A DNA stretch of 64,000 nt from Eledone cirrhosa (lineage: Eukaryota). Under the pieces are notes generated by a model. It was not told the DNA's origin. It was given only the letters and a program-made list of their open reading frames with translations, and did no database searches. The position numbers and the translations under genes are program-made. How positions within the stretch are numbered: the first letter of the stretch is position 1; each line of letters opens with the position of its first letter. Location of the stretch: the NCBI GenBank assembly GCA_964016885.1, contig OZ024745.1, forward strand, positions 14,880,001-14,944,000, written 5' to 3'. Positions 1-14,325 of this stretch are shown piece after piece.

Positions 1-24
1 TACTACTACTACTACTACTACTAT

Positions 25-59
<35 letters not shown>

Positions 60-60
60 T
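1..60. repeat. (TAC)n microsatellite
   Basis: Directly visible trinucleotide run. Confidence 0.95.
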
Positions 61-537
61 ATATATATACTTATATAGAGAGAGAAGGTGAGTGTGTGTG
101 TATGTTTATGTGTGTGTTAGAGAGTGACAGAGATAACTATGCCTGAGGATGACTATTGGAATATAGGGAAATGCAAATATATTTAACTCTGTCTTCATAT
201 GACATCAGATGATAACTGCAAGATATTTTGGACAACGTTGAGATGGAGTGAAATCAAATTTAACGCTATTAATTCCATTGGTAAGTCTCCAAGCTGTAAA
301 TCCCACGGAAGATGCCAGATTACATTGAGCACAAAGTAGATGAGTATTAAATTTAATTTCACTTATCTTAGCAACCAATAGAACTCATTCTCAACACAGA
401 TTTACTGGCGTTAATGAAACTTCTCTTGTCAAATATTATTTAAACAACTATTAATAATGAACAGCTTCAGATATTTTCTTGGAGAGAAAATACTATACAC
501 TTCAAAAAATATTTGGTATTTTATAGCAATGTTATAA

Positions 538-1460
538 TCTACTTATATATATAACCAGCAATTTCTCTGTATGTCTGTCCGACAGTGGAAACACGTGCGT
601 AGAGAGAGAGTGAGAGTGAAAGAAAGAGACAGACTACGAGAGGGGGATAGCGGGAGGGAGAGAGTGAATAGACGCTAAAACACGTGCTACAGAAATATTA
701 CCTTCCCCTCTCCACTGACTTTGGTCACTGAGGCCGAGGGAATCGCTGGTTGCTATAGAGACACCTAGCACAAGCCAGAAGTAACCAGTTCGAGGCGGTT
801 CTGACTTGACACCATGCGAAGAAGGTTGCCATTGAATTTGTGGTTTGAAGAAGGTTGCCATTGAATTTGTGGTTGTTGCTGCTGATAATAAGGACCATTT
901 GAAGAAGGTTGCTGCTGATGAGGTAATTTAATAATCAGATTGCGCAGTTCCATAACCTACGTTTGATTTGTTCAATTTTTTTCTTTAATTTTTTTGTTGT
1001 TTTTTTTTTTATTTCTTATTGAAAAAATATAAATAATAAAATAAGGTTAGAAATTTAAATACAATTAAATACGATTTAATTTCTATTTCCAGCAGCCAAT
1101 GTCCAGTGTTCAATTTCATGAAAAAATTGAAAATAAATTAAAAAAATTGAAGTTTAACTTTTGAACATTTGTTTTGACACTAAAAAAATATTTCCTTATT
1201 CACACCTAATGGAATGATTAAAATTTCATATATTTTTTTCTAACCGCCAGTTATTTATTTTCTCCTTTTTCGTTTTAACATATATTTATTTCAAAGATTT
1301 CACCGTATAGATAACATATATATTTATACATGCATAAAAGACACACCGAGAGACGGTGAACATGTGGTGCCGAAAACATTTCTCATCCAAATCTCAACAA
1401 TATCAGTATATACACTAGATTTGCTAGCAGAAAACCGCCCACCGGGTGGTTTTCTGCTAG
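538..1460 (+). mobile_element. Non-autonomous Helitron (family A)
   Basis: Starts TCTACTTATATATATAA after an A. Ends in a GC-rich hairpin and CTAG at 1457-1460, followed by T. No TSD and no RepHel ORF. Internal ~29-bp repeat (GAAGAAGGTTGCCATTGAATTTGTGG) at ~818-870. Confidence 0.8.
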
Positions 1461-2011
1461 TCTATATATATAAAACTGGGAATGTCTGTCTGTGTGTGTG
1501 TGTCTGTGCGTTTGAATCCCTAAAACTCGAGAAGTACCTAACCGAATTTTTTCAAACTTTACATGTGTATTACTTATGTTTCAGGGACTGTCATGCACAT
1601 GAAAATTCAACTTTTTGATCCATTGGGTGAAAAACTGCATTTTTTTCAGCTTTTTAGGAGTTTTTGAGGCGTTACGTCAGACCAATTTCCTTGAAATTGT
1701 AACTTTGTATCAGTCACTCTCTTCTTCATACCGTGAGCAAAGAAACTCCAACTTTTGTATGGCCTTAGGTGAAAAACTTCATTTTTTCAGCTTTTTAGGG
1801 CTTTTTTGAGGCGTGACGTCTATATCGCATTCAGAGTGATTTCCCTTGGACTGTTTCTTCGAGGAAAATCTTAAAGATTATCAAGCCATCAGAGTATTCG
1901 GTTTATTTTCTTTACATATTGTCCAAGTATGCAGTTTTTACATGAATAGGTCTGTTGGCGGCTCGCGTTCCAAAATACCTTATCCTGTGCAACGCCTGGT
2001 ACCACTGTTAG
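1461..2011 (+). mobile_element. Non-autonomous Helitron (family B), aged 3' end
   Basis: 5' TCTATATATATAAAACTG is identical to the first 18 bp of family C and is followed by a GTCT/GT microsatellite. The degenerate 3' end CCTGTGCAACGCCTGGT-ACCACTG-TTAG matches the GCAACG-loop hairpin plus CTAG layout of family C. Internal ~55-bp duplication at 1626-1680 / 1768-1820. Confidence 0.7.
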
Positions 2012-5000
2012 CATTACTATAAAATATTGACACACGGTCCATATAGTTGAGAGGGCGGCTATTATAATATTACTATATAATATAAACACACGGTCCATAT
2101 AATTGAGAGTGCGGTTATTATAATATTACTATAAAATATTGACACAAGGTACATATAGTGGAGTGTGCGGCTGTTGTTATAATATTTCTATATAATATTA
2201 ACACACGGCCCATATAGTTGAGTGTGCGGCTGTTGTTATAATATTACTATATAATATCAACATACGGTCCATATAGTGGAGTGTGCGGCTGTTGTTATAA
2301 TATTACTATATAATATTAACACACGGTCCATATAGTTGAGTGTGCGGCTGTTGTTATAATATTACTATATAATATTAACACACGGTCCATATAATTGAGA
2401 GTGCGGCTGTTGTTATAATATTATTATATAATATTAACATACGGTCCATATAGTTGAGTGTGCGGCTGTTATAATATTACTATATAATATTAACACACGG
2501 TCCATATAGTTGAGTGTGCGGCTATTATAATATTACTATATAATATTAACACACGGTCCATATAGTTGAGAGTGCGGCTGTTGTTATAATATTACTATAT
2601 AATATTAACATACGGTCCATATAGTTGAGTATGCGGCTGTTGTTATAATATTACTATATAATATTAACACAAGGTCCATATAATTGAGTGTGCGGCTGTT
2701 ATAATATTACTATATAATATTAACATACGGTCCATATAGTTGAGGGTGCGGCTGTTGTTATAATATTACTATATAATATTAACATACGGTCCATATAGTT
2801 GTGGTTGCGGCTGTTGTTATAATATTACTATATAATATTAACACAAGGTCCATATAATTGAGAGTGCGGCTGTTGTTATAATATTACTATATAATATTAA
2901 CATACGGTCCATATAGTTGAGTATGCGGCTGTTGTTATAATATTACTATATAATATTAACACAAGGTCCATATATTTGAGTGTGCGGCTGTTATAATATT
3001 ACTATATAATATTAACATACGGTCCATATAGTTGAGGGTGCGGCTGTTGTTATAATATTACTATATAATATTAACATACGGTCCATATAGTTGAGAGTGC
3101 GGCTGTTGTTATAATATTACTATATAATATTAACACAAGGTCCATATAATTGAGAGTGCGGCTGTTGTTATAATATTACTATATAATATTATCATACGGT
3201 CCATATAGTTGAGTATGCGGCTGTTGTTATAATATTACTATATAATATTAACACAAGGTCCATATAATTGAGAGTGCGGCTGTTGTTATAATATTACTAT
3301 TTAATATTAACACACGGTCCATATAGTTGAGTGTGCGGCTGTTATAATATTACTATATATTATTAACACAAGGTCCATATAGTTGAGTGTGCGGCTATTG
3401 TTATAATATTACTATATAATATTAACACACGGTCCATATAGTGGAGTGTGCAGCTGTTGTTATAATATTACTATATAATATTAACACACGGTCCATATAG
3501 TGGAGTGTGTAGCAGTTGTTATAATATTACTATATAATATTAACACACGGTCCATATAGTGGAGTGTGCAGCTGTTGTTATAATATTACTATATAATATT
3601 AACATACGGTCCATACAGTTGAGTGTGCGGCTGTTATAATATTACTATATAATATTAACACAAGGTCCATATAGTTGAGAGTGCGGCTGTTATAATATTA
3701 CTATATAATATTAACACAGTGTCCATATAGTGGAGTGTGCGCCTGTTGTTATAATATTACTATATAATATTAACACACGGTCCATATAGTTGAGTGTGCG
3801 GCTGGTGTTATAATATTACTATATAATATTAACACACGGCCCATATAGTTGAGTGTGCGGCTGTTGTTATAATATTACTATATAATATTAACATACGGTC
3901 CATATAGTTGAGAGTGCGGCTGTTGTTATAATATTACTATATAATATTAACACAAGGTCCATATAGTTGAGAATGCGGATGTTGTTATAATATTACTATA
4001 TAATATTAACACAAGGTCCATATAGTTGAGTGTGCGGCTGTTGTTATAATATTACTATATAATATTAACATACGGTCCATATAGTTGAGTGTGCGGCTGT
4101 TATAATATTACTATATAATATTAACACACGGTCCATATAGTTGAGAGTGCGGCTGTTATAATATTACTATATAATATTAACACACGGTCCATATAGTTGA
4201 GTGTGTGGCTGTTGTTATAATATTACTATATAATATTAACACACGGTCCATATAGTTGAGAGTGCCGCTGTTATAATATTACTACATAATATTAAGACAT
4301 GGTCCATATAGTTGAGTGTGCGGCTGTTGTTATAATATTACTATATAATATTAACACACCGTTCATACAGTTGAGAGTGCGGCTGTTGTTATAATATTAC
4401 GATATAATATTAACACAAGGTCTATATAGTTGAGTTTGCGGCTGTTGTTATAATATTACTATATAATATTAACATACGGTCCATATAGTTGAGTGTGCGG
4501 CTGTTATAATATTGCTATATAATATTAACACACGGTCCATATAGTTGAGAGTGCGGCTGTTGTTATAATATTACTATATAATATTAACACAAGGTCCATA
4601 TAGTTGAGCGTGCAGCTGTTGTTATAATATTACTATATAATATTAACACAAGGTCCATATAGTTGAGTGTGCGGCTGTTATAATATTACTATATAATATT
4701 AACACACGGTCCATATAGTTGAGTGTGCAGCTGTTGTTATAATATTACCATAGGGTCCATATAGTTAAGTGTGCGGCCTTTATAATATTACTATATAATA
4801 TTAACACACGGTCCATATAGTTGAGTGTGCTGCTGTTGTTATAATATTACTATATAATATTAACATACGGTCAATATAGTTGAGTGTGCTGCTGTTGTTA
4901 TAATATTACTATATAATATTAACACAAGATCCATATAGTTGAGTGTGCGGCTGTTGTTATAATATTACTATATAATATTAACATACGTTCAATATAGTTG

Positions 5001-8000
5001 AGTGTGCGGCTATTATAATTTTACTATATAATATTAACACACGGTCAATACAGTTGAGTGTGCGGCTATTATAATATTACTATATAATATTAACACAAGG
5101 TCCATATAGTTGAGTGTGCGGCTGTTATAATATTACTATATAATATTAACACAGGGTCCATATAGTTGAGTGTGCGGCTGTAATAATATTACTATATAAT
5201 ATTAACACAAGGTCCATATAGTTGAGAGTGCGGCTGTTGTTATAATATTACTATATAATATTAACACACGGTCCATATAGTTGAGTGTGCGGCTGTTGTT
5301 ATAATATTACTATATAACATTAACACACGGTCGATATAGTTGAGTGTGCGGCTGTTGTTGTAATATTACTATATAATATTAACATACGGTCCATATAGTT
5401 GTGTGTGCGGCTGTTATAATATTACTATATAATATTAACACACGGTTCATATAGTTGAGAGTGCGGCTGTTGTTATAATATTACTATATAATATTAACAT
5501 ACGGTCTATATAGTTGAGTGTGCGGCTGTTATAATATTACTATATAATATTAACATACGGTCCATATAGTTGAGTGTGCGGCTGTTATAATATTACTATA
5601 TTATATTAACACACGGTCTATATAGTTGAGAGTGTGGCTGTTATAATATTACTATATAATATTAACACAAGGTCCATATAGGTGAGAGTGCGGCTGTTGT
5701 TATAATATTACTATATAATATTAACACACGGTCCATATAGTTGAGAGTGCGGCTGTTATAATATTACTATATAATATTAACATACGGTCCATATAGTTGA
5801 GTGTGCGGCTGTCATAATATTACTATATAATATTAACACACGGTCCATATAGTTGAGTGTGCGGCTGTTGTTATAATATTACTATATAACGTTAACACAC
5901 GGTCCATATAGTTGAGTGTGCGGCTGTTGTTATAATATTACTATATAATATTAACATACGGTCCATATAGTTGAGGGTGCGGCTGTTGTTATAATATTAC
6001 TATATAATATTAACATACGGTCCATATAGTTGAGTGTGCGGCTGTTATAATATTACTATATAATATTAACACACGGTCCATATAGTTGAGTGTGCGGCTG
6101 TTGTTATAATATTACTATATAATATTAACATACGGTCCATATAGTTGAGGGTGCGGCTGTTGTTATAATATTACTATATAATATTAACATACGGTCCATA
6201 TAGTTGAGTGTGCGGTTGTTATAATATTACTATATAATATTAACACACTGTCCATACAGTTGAGTGTGCGGCTGTTGTTATAATATTACTATATAATATT
6301 AACATACGGTCCATATAGTTGAGTATGCGGCTGTTGTTATAATATTACTATATAATATTAACACAAGGTCCATATAATTGAGTGTGCGGCTGTTATAATA
6401 TTACTATATAATATTAACATACGGTCCATATAGTTGAGGGTGCGGCTGTTGTTATAATATTACTATATAATATTAACATACGGTCCATATAGTTGAGAGT
6501 GCGGCTGTTGTTATAATATTACTATATAATATTAACACAAGGTCCATATAATTGAGAGTGCGGCTGTTGTTATAATATTACTATATAATATTATCATACG
6601 GTCCATATAGTTGAGTATGCGGCTGTTGTTATAATATTACTATATAATATTAACACAAGGTCCATATAATTGAGAGTGCGGCTGTTGTTATAATATTACT
6701 ATATAATATTAACACACGGTCCATATAGTTGAGTGTGCGGCTGTTATAAGATTACTATATATTATTAACACAAGGTCCATATAGTTGAGTGTGCGGCTGT
6801 TGTTATAATATTACTATATAATATTAACACACGGTCCATATAGTTGAGTGTGCGGCTGTTGTTATAATATTACTATATAATATTAACATACGGTCCATAT
6901 AGTTGAGGGTGCGGCTGTTGTTATAATATTACTATATAATATTAACATACGGTCCATATAGTTGAGTGTGCGGCTGTTATAATATTACTATATAATATTA
7001 ACACACTGTCCATACAGTTGAGTGTGCGGCTGTTGTTATAATATTACTATATAATATTAACATACGGTCCATATAGTTGAGTATGCGGCTGTTGTTATAA
7101 TATTACTATATAATATTAACACAAGGTCCATATAATTGAGTGTGCGGCTGTTATAATATTACTATATAATATTAACATACGGTCCATATAGTTGAGGGTG
7201 CGGCTGTTGTTATAATATTACTATATAATATTAACATACGGTCCATATAGTTGAGAGTGCGGCTGTTGTTATAATATTACTATATAATATTAACACAAGG
7301 TCCATATAATTGAGAGTGCGGCTGTTGTTATAATATTACTATATAATATTATCATACGGTCCATATAGTTGAGTATGCGGCTGTTGTTATAATATTACTA
7401 TATAATATTAACACAAGGTCCATATAATTGAGAGTGCGGCTGTTGTTATAATATTACTATATAATATTAACACACGGTCCATATAGTTGAGTGTGCGGCT
7501 GTTATAAGATTACTATATATTATTAACACAAGGTCCATATAGTTGAGTGTGCGGCTGTTGTTATAATATTACTATATAATATTAACACACGGTCCATATA
7601 GTGGAGTGTGCAGCTGTTGTTATAATATTACTATATAATATTAACACACGGTCCATATAATTGAGAGTGCGGCTGTTGTTATAATATTACTATATAATAT
7701 TAACATACGGTCCATATAGTGGAGTGTGCAGCTGTTGTTATAATATTACTATATAATATTAACACACGGTCCATATAGTGGAGTGTGTAGCAGTTGTTAT
7801 AATATTACTATATAATATTAACATACGGTCCATACAGTTGAGTGTGCGGCTGTTATAATATTACTATATAATATTAACACAAGGTCCATATAGTTGAGAG
7901 TGCGGCTGTTATAATATTACTATATAATATTAACACAGTGTCCATATAGTGGAGTGTGCGGCTGTTGTTATAATATTACTATATAATATTAACACACGGT

Positions 8001-10561
8001 CCATATAGTTGAGTGTGCGGCTGGTGTTATAATATTACTATATAATATTAACACACGGCCCATATAGTTGAGTGTGCGGCTGTTGTTATAATATTACTAT
8101 ATAATATTAACATACGGTCCATATAGTTGAGAGTGCGGCTGTTGTTATAATATTACTATATAATATTAACACAAGGTCCATATAGTTGAGAATGCGGATG
8201 TTGTTATAATATTACTATATAATATTAACACAAGGTCCATATAGTTGAGTGTGCGGCTGTTGTTATAATATTACTATATAATATTAACATACGGTCCATA
8301 TAGTTGAGAGTGCGGCTGTTATAATATTACTATATAATATTAACACACGGTCCATATAGTTGAGTGTGTGGCTGTTGTTATAATATTACTATATAATATT
8401 AACACACGGTCCATATAGTTGAGAGTGCCGCTGTTATAATATTACTACATAATATTAAGACATGGTCCATATAGTTGAGTGTGCGGCTGTTGTTATAATA
8501 TTACTATATAATATTAACACACCGTTCATACAGTTGAGAGTGCGGCTGTTGTTATAATATTACGATATAATATTAACACAAGGTCTATATAGTTGAGTTT
8601 GCGGCTGTTGTTATAATATTACTATATAATATTAACATACGGTCCATATAGTTGAGTGTGCGGCTGTTATAATATTGCTATATAATATTAACACACGGTC
8701 CATATAGTTGAGAGTGCGGCTGTTGTTATAATATTACTATATAATATTAACACAAGGTCCATATAGTTGAGCGTGCAGCTGTTGTTATAATATTACTATA
8801 TAATATTAACACAAGGTCCACATAGTTGAGTGTGCGGCTGTTATAATATTACTATATAATATTAACACACGGTCCATATAGTTGAGTGTGCAGCTGTTGT
8901 TATAATATTACCATAGGGTCCATATAGTTAAGTGTGCGGCCTTTATAATATTACTATATAATATTAACACACGGTCCATATAGTTGAGTGTGCTGCTGTT
9001 GTTATAATATTACTATATAATATTAACATACGGTCAATATAGTTGAGTGTGCTGCTGTTGTTATAATATTACTATATAATATTAACACAGGATCCATATA
9101 GTTGAGTGTGCGGCTGTTGTTATAATATTACTATATAATATTAACATACGGTCAATATAGTTGAGTGTGCGGCTATTATAATTTTAGTATATAATATTAA
9201 CACACGGTCAATACAGTTGAGTGTGCGGCTATTATAATATTACTATATAATATTAACACAAGGTCCATATAGTTGAGTGTGCGGCTGTTATAATATTACT
9301 ATATAATATTAACACAGGGTCCATATAGTTGAGTGTGCGGCTGTAATAATATTACTATATAATATTAACACAAGGTCCATATAGTTGAGAGTGCGGCTGT
9401 TGTTATAATATTACTATATAATATTAACACACGGTCCATATAGTTGAGTGTGCGGCTGTTGTTATAATATTACTATATAACATTAACACACGGTCGATAT
9501 AGTTGAGTGTGCGGCTGTTGTTATAATATTACTATATAATATTAACATACGGTCCATATAGTTGTGTGTGCGGCTGTTATAATATTACTATATAATATTA
9601 ACACACGGTTCATATAGTTGAGAGTGCGGCTGTTGTTATAATATTACTATATAATATTAACATACGGTCTATATAGTTGAGTGTGCGGCTGTTATAATAT
9701 TACTATATAATATTAACATACGGTCCATATAGTTGAGTGTGCGGCTGTTATAATATTACTATATAATATTAACATACGGTCCATATAGTTGAGTGTGCGG
9801 CTGTTGTTATAATATTACTATATAATATTAACACAAGGTCCATATAGTTGAGTGTGCTGCTGTTGTTATAATATTACTATATAATATTAACATACGGTCC
9901 ATATAGTTGAGTGTGCGGATGTTATAATATTACTATATAATATAAACACACGTTCCATATAGTTGAGAGTGCGGCTGTTGTTATAATATTACTATATAGT
10001 ATTAAAACACGGCCCATACAGTTGAGTGTGCGGCTGTTGTTATAATATAACTATATTATATTAACACACGGTCTATATAGTTGAGAGTGTGGCTGTTATA
10101 ATATTACTATATAATATTAACACAAGGTCCATATAGGTGAGAGTGCGGCTGTTGTTATAATATTACTATATAATATTAACACACGGTCCATATAGTTGAG
10201 AGTGCGGCTGTTATAATATTACTATATAATATTAACATACGGTCCATATAGTTGAGTGTGCGGCTGTCATAATATTACTATATAATATTAACACACGGTC
10301 CATATAGTTGAGTGTGCGGCTGTTGTTATAATATTACTATATAATATCAACATACGATCCATATAGTTGAGGGTGCGGCTGTTGTTATAATATTACTATA
10401 TAATATTAACATACGGTCCATATAGTTGAGTGTGCGGCTGTTATAATATTACTATATAATATTAACACACTGTCCATACAGTTGAGTGTGCGGCTGTTGT
10501 TATAATATTACTATATTATATTAACACACGGTCCATATAGTTGAGTGTGCGGCTGTTATAA

Positions 10562-11497
10562 TCTATATATATAAAACTGAGGTTGTCTGTCTGTCTGTCG
10601 ATTTTTGGCACACATCTCCTCTTAGAATCTCTCACGGAATTGCACCGAAATTGCTATACTTGTACATTGAGCCCTAGCGAAGACATCGGAAAAAAAATAT
10701 TTCAAAATGACCCACCCTATGTGACGAAATCGAATATAATGTATCGATTTTTGAGCGTAAGTTATCAGTTATTTCCCTTTGTTCTGTTTACATGGAGCGT
10801 CTTACGTAAAAAATTACGCTGGCTTTCTCAGCGTTTAAAATGACATTAACACAATACACGAACAGTTGTGGATCCATTTAAAAGCATTTTAAAACAATAT
10901 TTTTACTTGAAAACAAGTCTATTTAAAGACTACGTAAAACAAGCAAATATTTCGTAAAAAAAAGCAAAAATTATATATGTTTATTTAAAATATATGTATC
11001 TGTAAATTTCGTTAGGCGTGCAGACAGACAGTCGTGCAGACAGATAGTCGTGCAGAGAGGTGATATACGCGTGCAGACAGATAGTCGTGCAGAGAGGTGA
11101 TATAGGCGTGCAGACAGACAGTCGTGCAGAGAGGTGATATAGGCGTGCAGACAGACAGTCGTGCAGAGAGGTGATATAGGCGTGCAGACAGACATAACTG
11201 ATAATTTGGTTACGCTAATGTTTTTCTCTGCGTTGCAGTGTTTACATTTTCAATCTTTGTTAATAAATAACCAGTGGAGTTTTTATCCCCAGCATCCTCT
11301 TTTGTTATAACATTCGGGTTATCGTTATGTTTTCTTAACTTCATAAGGCATATTGTTGGTTGAGGGAATATTAATCAAAAACACCACATGCAAGTCTGCA
11401 CAGTAGACACTACAGTTTTTAAGCCAAAAGAAACTTAACATTGTAACTTTAGCACAGCTACTGAGCGACCCCGAGCAACGCGGGGCTTTATTGCTAG
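10562..11497 (+). mobile_element. Non-autonomous Helitron family C, copy 1 (936 bp)
   Basis: 5' TC. 3' hairpin CCCCG-AGCAACG-CGGGG (11469-11485), then CTAG. Inserted between A and T of the monomer (GCTGTTATAA^TATTACTATA) with no TSD. Confidence 0.95.
11013..11194. repeat. 37-bp internal minisatellite of Helitron C (present in all five copies)
   Basis: Unit GCGTGCAGACAGACAGTCGTGCAGAGAGGTGATATAG, built from 16- and 21-bp sub-units that share CGTGCAGA. Confidence 0.95.
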
Positions 11498-12530
11498 TAT
11501 TACTATATAATATTAACGCACGGTCCATATAGTTGAGTGTGCGGCTGTTGTTATAATATTACTATATAATATTAACATACGGTCCATATAGTTGAGTGTG
11601 CGGCCTTTATAGTATTACTATATAATATTAAATCACGGTCCATATAGTTGAGTGTGCGGCTATTATAATATTACTATATAATATTAACATACAGTCCATA
11701 TAGTTGAGTGTGCGGCTATTATAATATTACTATATAATATTAACACAAGTTCCATATAGTTGAGTGTGCGAGTGTTGTTATAATATTACTATATTATTAA
11801 CACAAGGTCCATATAGTTGAGTGTGCGGCCTTTATAATATTACTATATAATATTAACACACGGTTCATATAGTTGAGTGTGCGGCTGTTGTTATAATATT
11901 ACTATATAATATTAACACAAGATCCATATAGTTGAGTGTGTGGCTATTATAATATTACTATATAATAGTAACATACAGTCCATATAGTTGAGTGTGCGGC
12001 TATTATAATATTAATATATAATATTAACACACGGTCCAATTAGTTGAGAGTGCGGCTGTTGTTATAATATTACTATATAATATTAACATACGGTCCATAT
12101 AGTTGAGTGTGCGGCTGTTGTTATAATATTACTATATAATATTAACACAAGGTCCATATAGTTGAGTGTGCTGCTGTTGTTATAATATTACTATATAATA
12201 TTAACATACGGTCCATATAGTTGAGTGTGCGGCTGTCATAATATTACTATATAATATTAACACACGGTCCATATAGTTGAGTGTGCGGCTGTTGTTATAA
12301 TATTACTATATAATATCAACATACGATCCATATAGTTGAGGGTGCGGCTGTTGTTATAATATTACTATATAATATTAACATACGGTCCATATAGTTGAGT
12401 GTGCGGCTGTTATAATATTACTATATAATATTAACACACTGTCCATACAGTTGAGTGTGCGGCTGTTGTTATAATATTACTATATTATATTAACACACGG
12501 TCCATATAGTTGAGTGTGCGGCTGTTATAA

Positions 12531-13466
12531 TCTATATATATAAAACTGAGGTTGTCTGTCTGTCTGTCGATTTTTGGCACACATCTCCTCTTAGAATCTC
12601 TCACGGAATTGCACCGAAATTGCTATACTTGTACATTGAGCCCTAGCGAAGACATCGGAAAAAAAATATTTCAAAATGACCCACCCTATGTGACGAAATC
12701 GAATATAATGTATCGATTTTTGAGCGTAAGTTATCAGTTATTTCCCTTTGTTCTGTTTACATGGAGCGTCTTACGTAAAAAATTACGCTGGCTTTCTCAG
12801 CGTTTAAAATGACATTAACACAATACACGAACAGTTGTGGATCCATTTAAAAGCATTTTAAAACAATATTTTTACTTGAAAACAAGTCTATTTAAAGACT
12901 ACGTAAAACAAGCAAATATTTCGTAAAAAAAAGCAAAAATTATATATGTTTATTTAAAATATATGTATCTGTAAATTTCGTTAGGCGTGCAGACAGACAG
13001 TCGTGCAGACAGATAGTCGTGCAGAGAGGTGATATACGCGTGCAGACAGATAGTCGTGCAGAGAGGTGATATAGGCGTGCAGACAGACAGTCGTGCAGAG
13101 AGGTGATATAGGCGTGCAGACAGACAGTCGTGCAGAGAGGTGATATAGGCGTGCAGACAGACATAACTGATAATTTGGTTACGCTAATGTTTTTCTCTGC
13201 GTTGCAGTGTTTACATTTTCAATCTTTGTTAATAAATAACCAGTGGAGTTTTTATCCCCAGCATCCTCTTTTGTTATAACATTCGGGTTATCGTTATGTT
13301 TTCTTAACTTCATAAGGCATATTGTTGGTTGAGGGAATATTAATCAAAAACACCACATGCAAGTCTGCACAGTAGACACTACAGTTTTTAAGCCAAAAGA
13401 AACTTAACATTGTAACTTTAGCACAGCTACTGAGCGACCCCGAGCAACGCGGGGCTTTATTGCTAG
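12531..13466 (+). mobile_element. Helitron family C, copy 2 (936 bp)
   Basis: Same termini and flanks as copy 1, offset 1969 bp. Appears identical to copy 1. Confidence 0.95.
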
Positions 13467-14325
13467 TATTACTATATAATATTAACGCACGGTCCATATA
13501 GTTGAGTGTGCGGCTGTTGTTATAATATTACTATATAATATTAACATACGGTCCATATAGTTGAGTGTGCGGCCTTTATAGTATTACTATATAATATTAA
13601 ATCACGGTCCATATAGTTGAGTGTGCGGCTATTATAATATTACTATATAATATTAACATACAGTCCATATAGTTGAGTGTGCGGCTATTATAATATTACT
13701 ATATAATATTAACACAAGTTCCATATAGTTGAGTGTGCGAGTGTTGTTATAATATTACTATATTATTAACACAAGGTCCATATAGTTGAGTGTGCGGCCT
13801 TTATAATATTACTATATAATATTAACACACGGTTCATATAGTTGAGTGTGCGGCTGTTGTTATAATATTACTATATAATATTAACACAAGATCCATATAG
13901 TTGAGTGTGTGGCTATTATAATATTACTATATAATAGTAACATACAGTCCATATAGTTGAGTGTGCGGCTATTATAATATTAATATATAATATTAACACA
14001 CGGTCCAATTAGTTGAGAGTGCGGCTGTTGTTATAATATTACTATATAATATTAACATACGGTCCATATAGTTGAGTGTGCGGCTGTTGTTATAATATTA
14101 CTATATAATATTAACACAAGGTCCATATAGTTGAGTGTGCTGCTGTTGTTATAATATTACTATATAATATTAACATACGGTCCATATAGTTGAGCGTGCG
14201 GATGTTATAATATTACTATATAATATTAACACACTGTCCATACAGTTGAGTGTGCGGCTGTTGTTATAATATTACTATATTATATTAACACACGGTCCAT
14301 ATAGTTGAGTGTGCGGCTGTTATAA

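Noticed and set aside
130-480. Possible decayed Penelope RT remnant
   Set aside because: Only vague peptide resemblance across several frameshifts; cannot be supported without a profile search.
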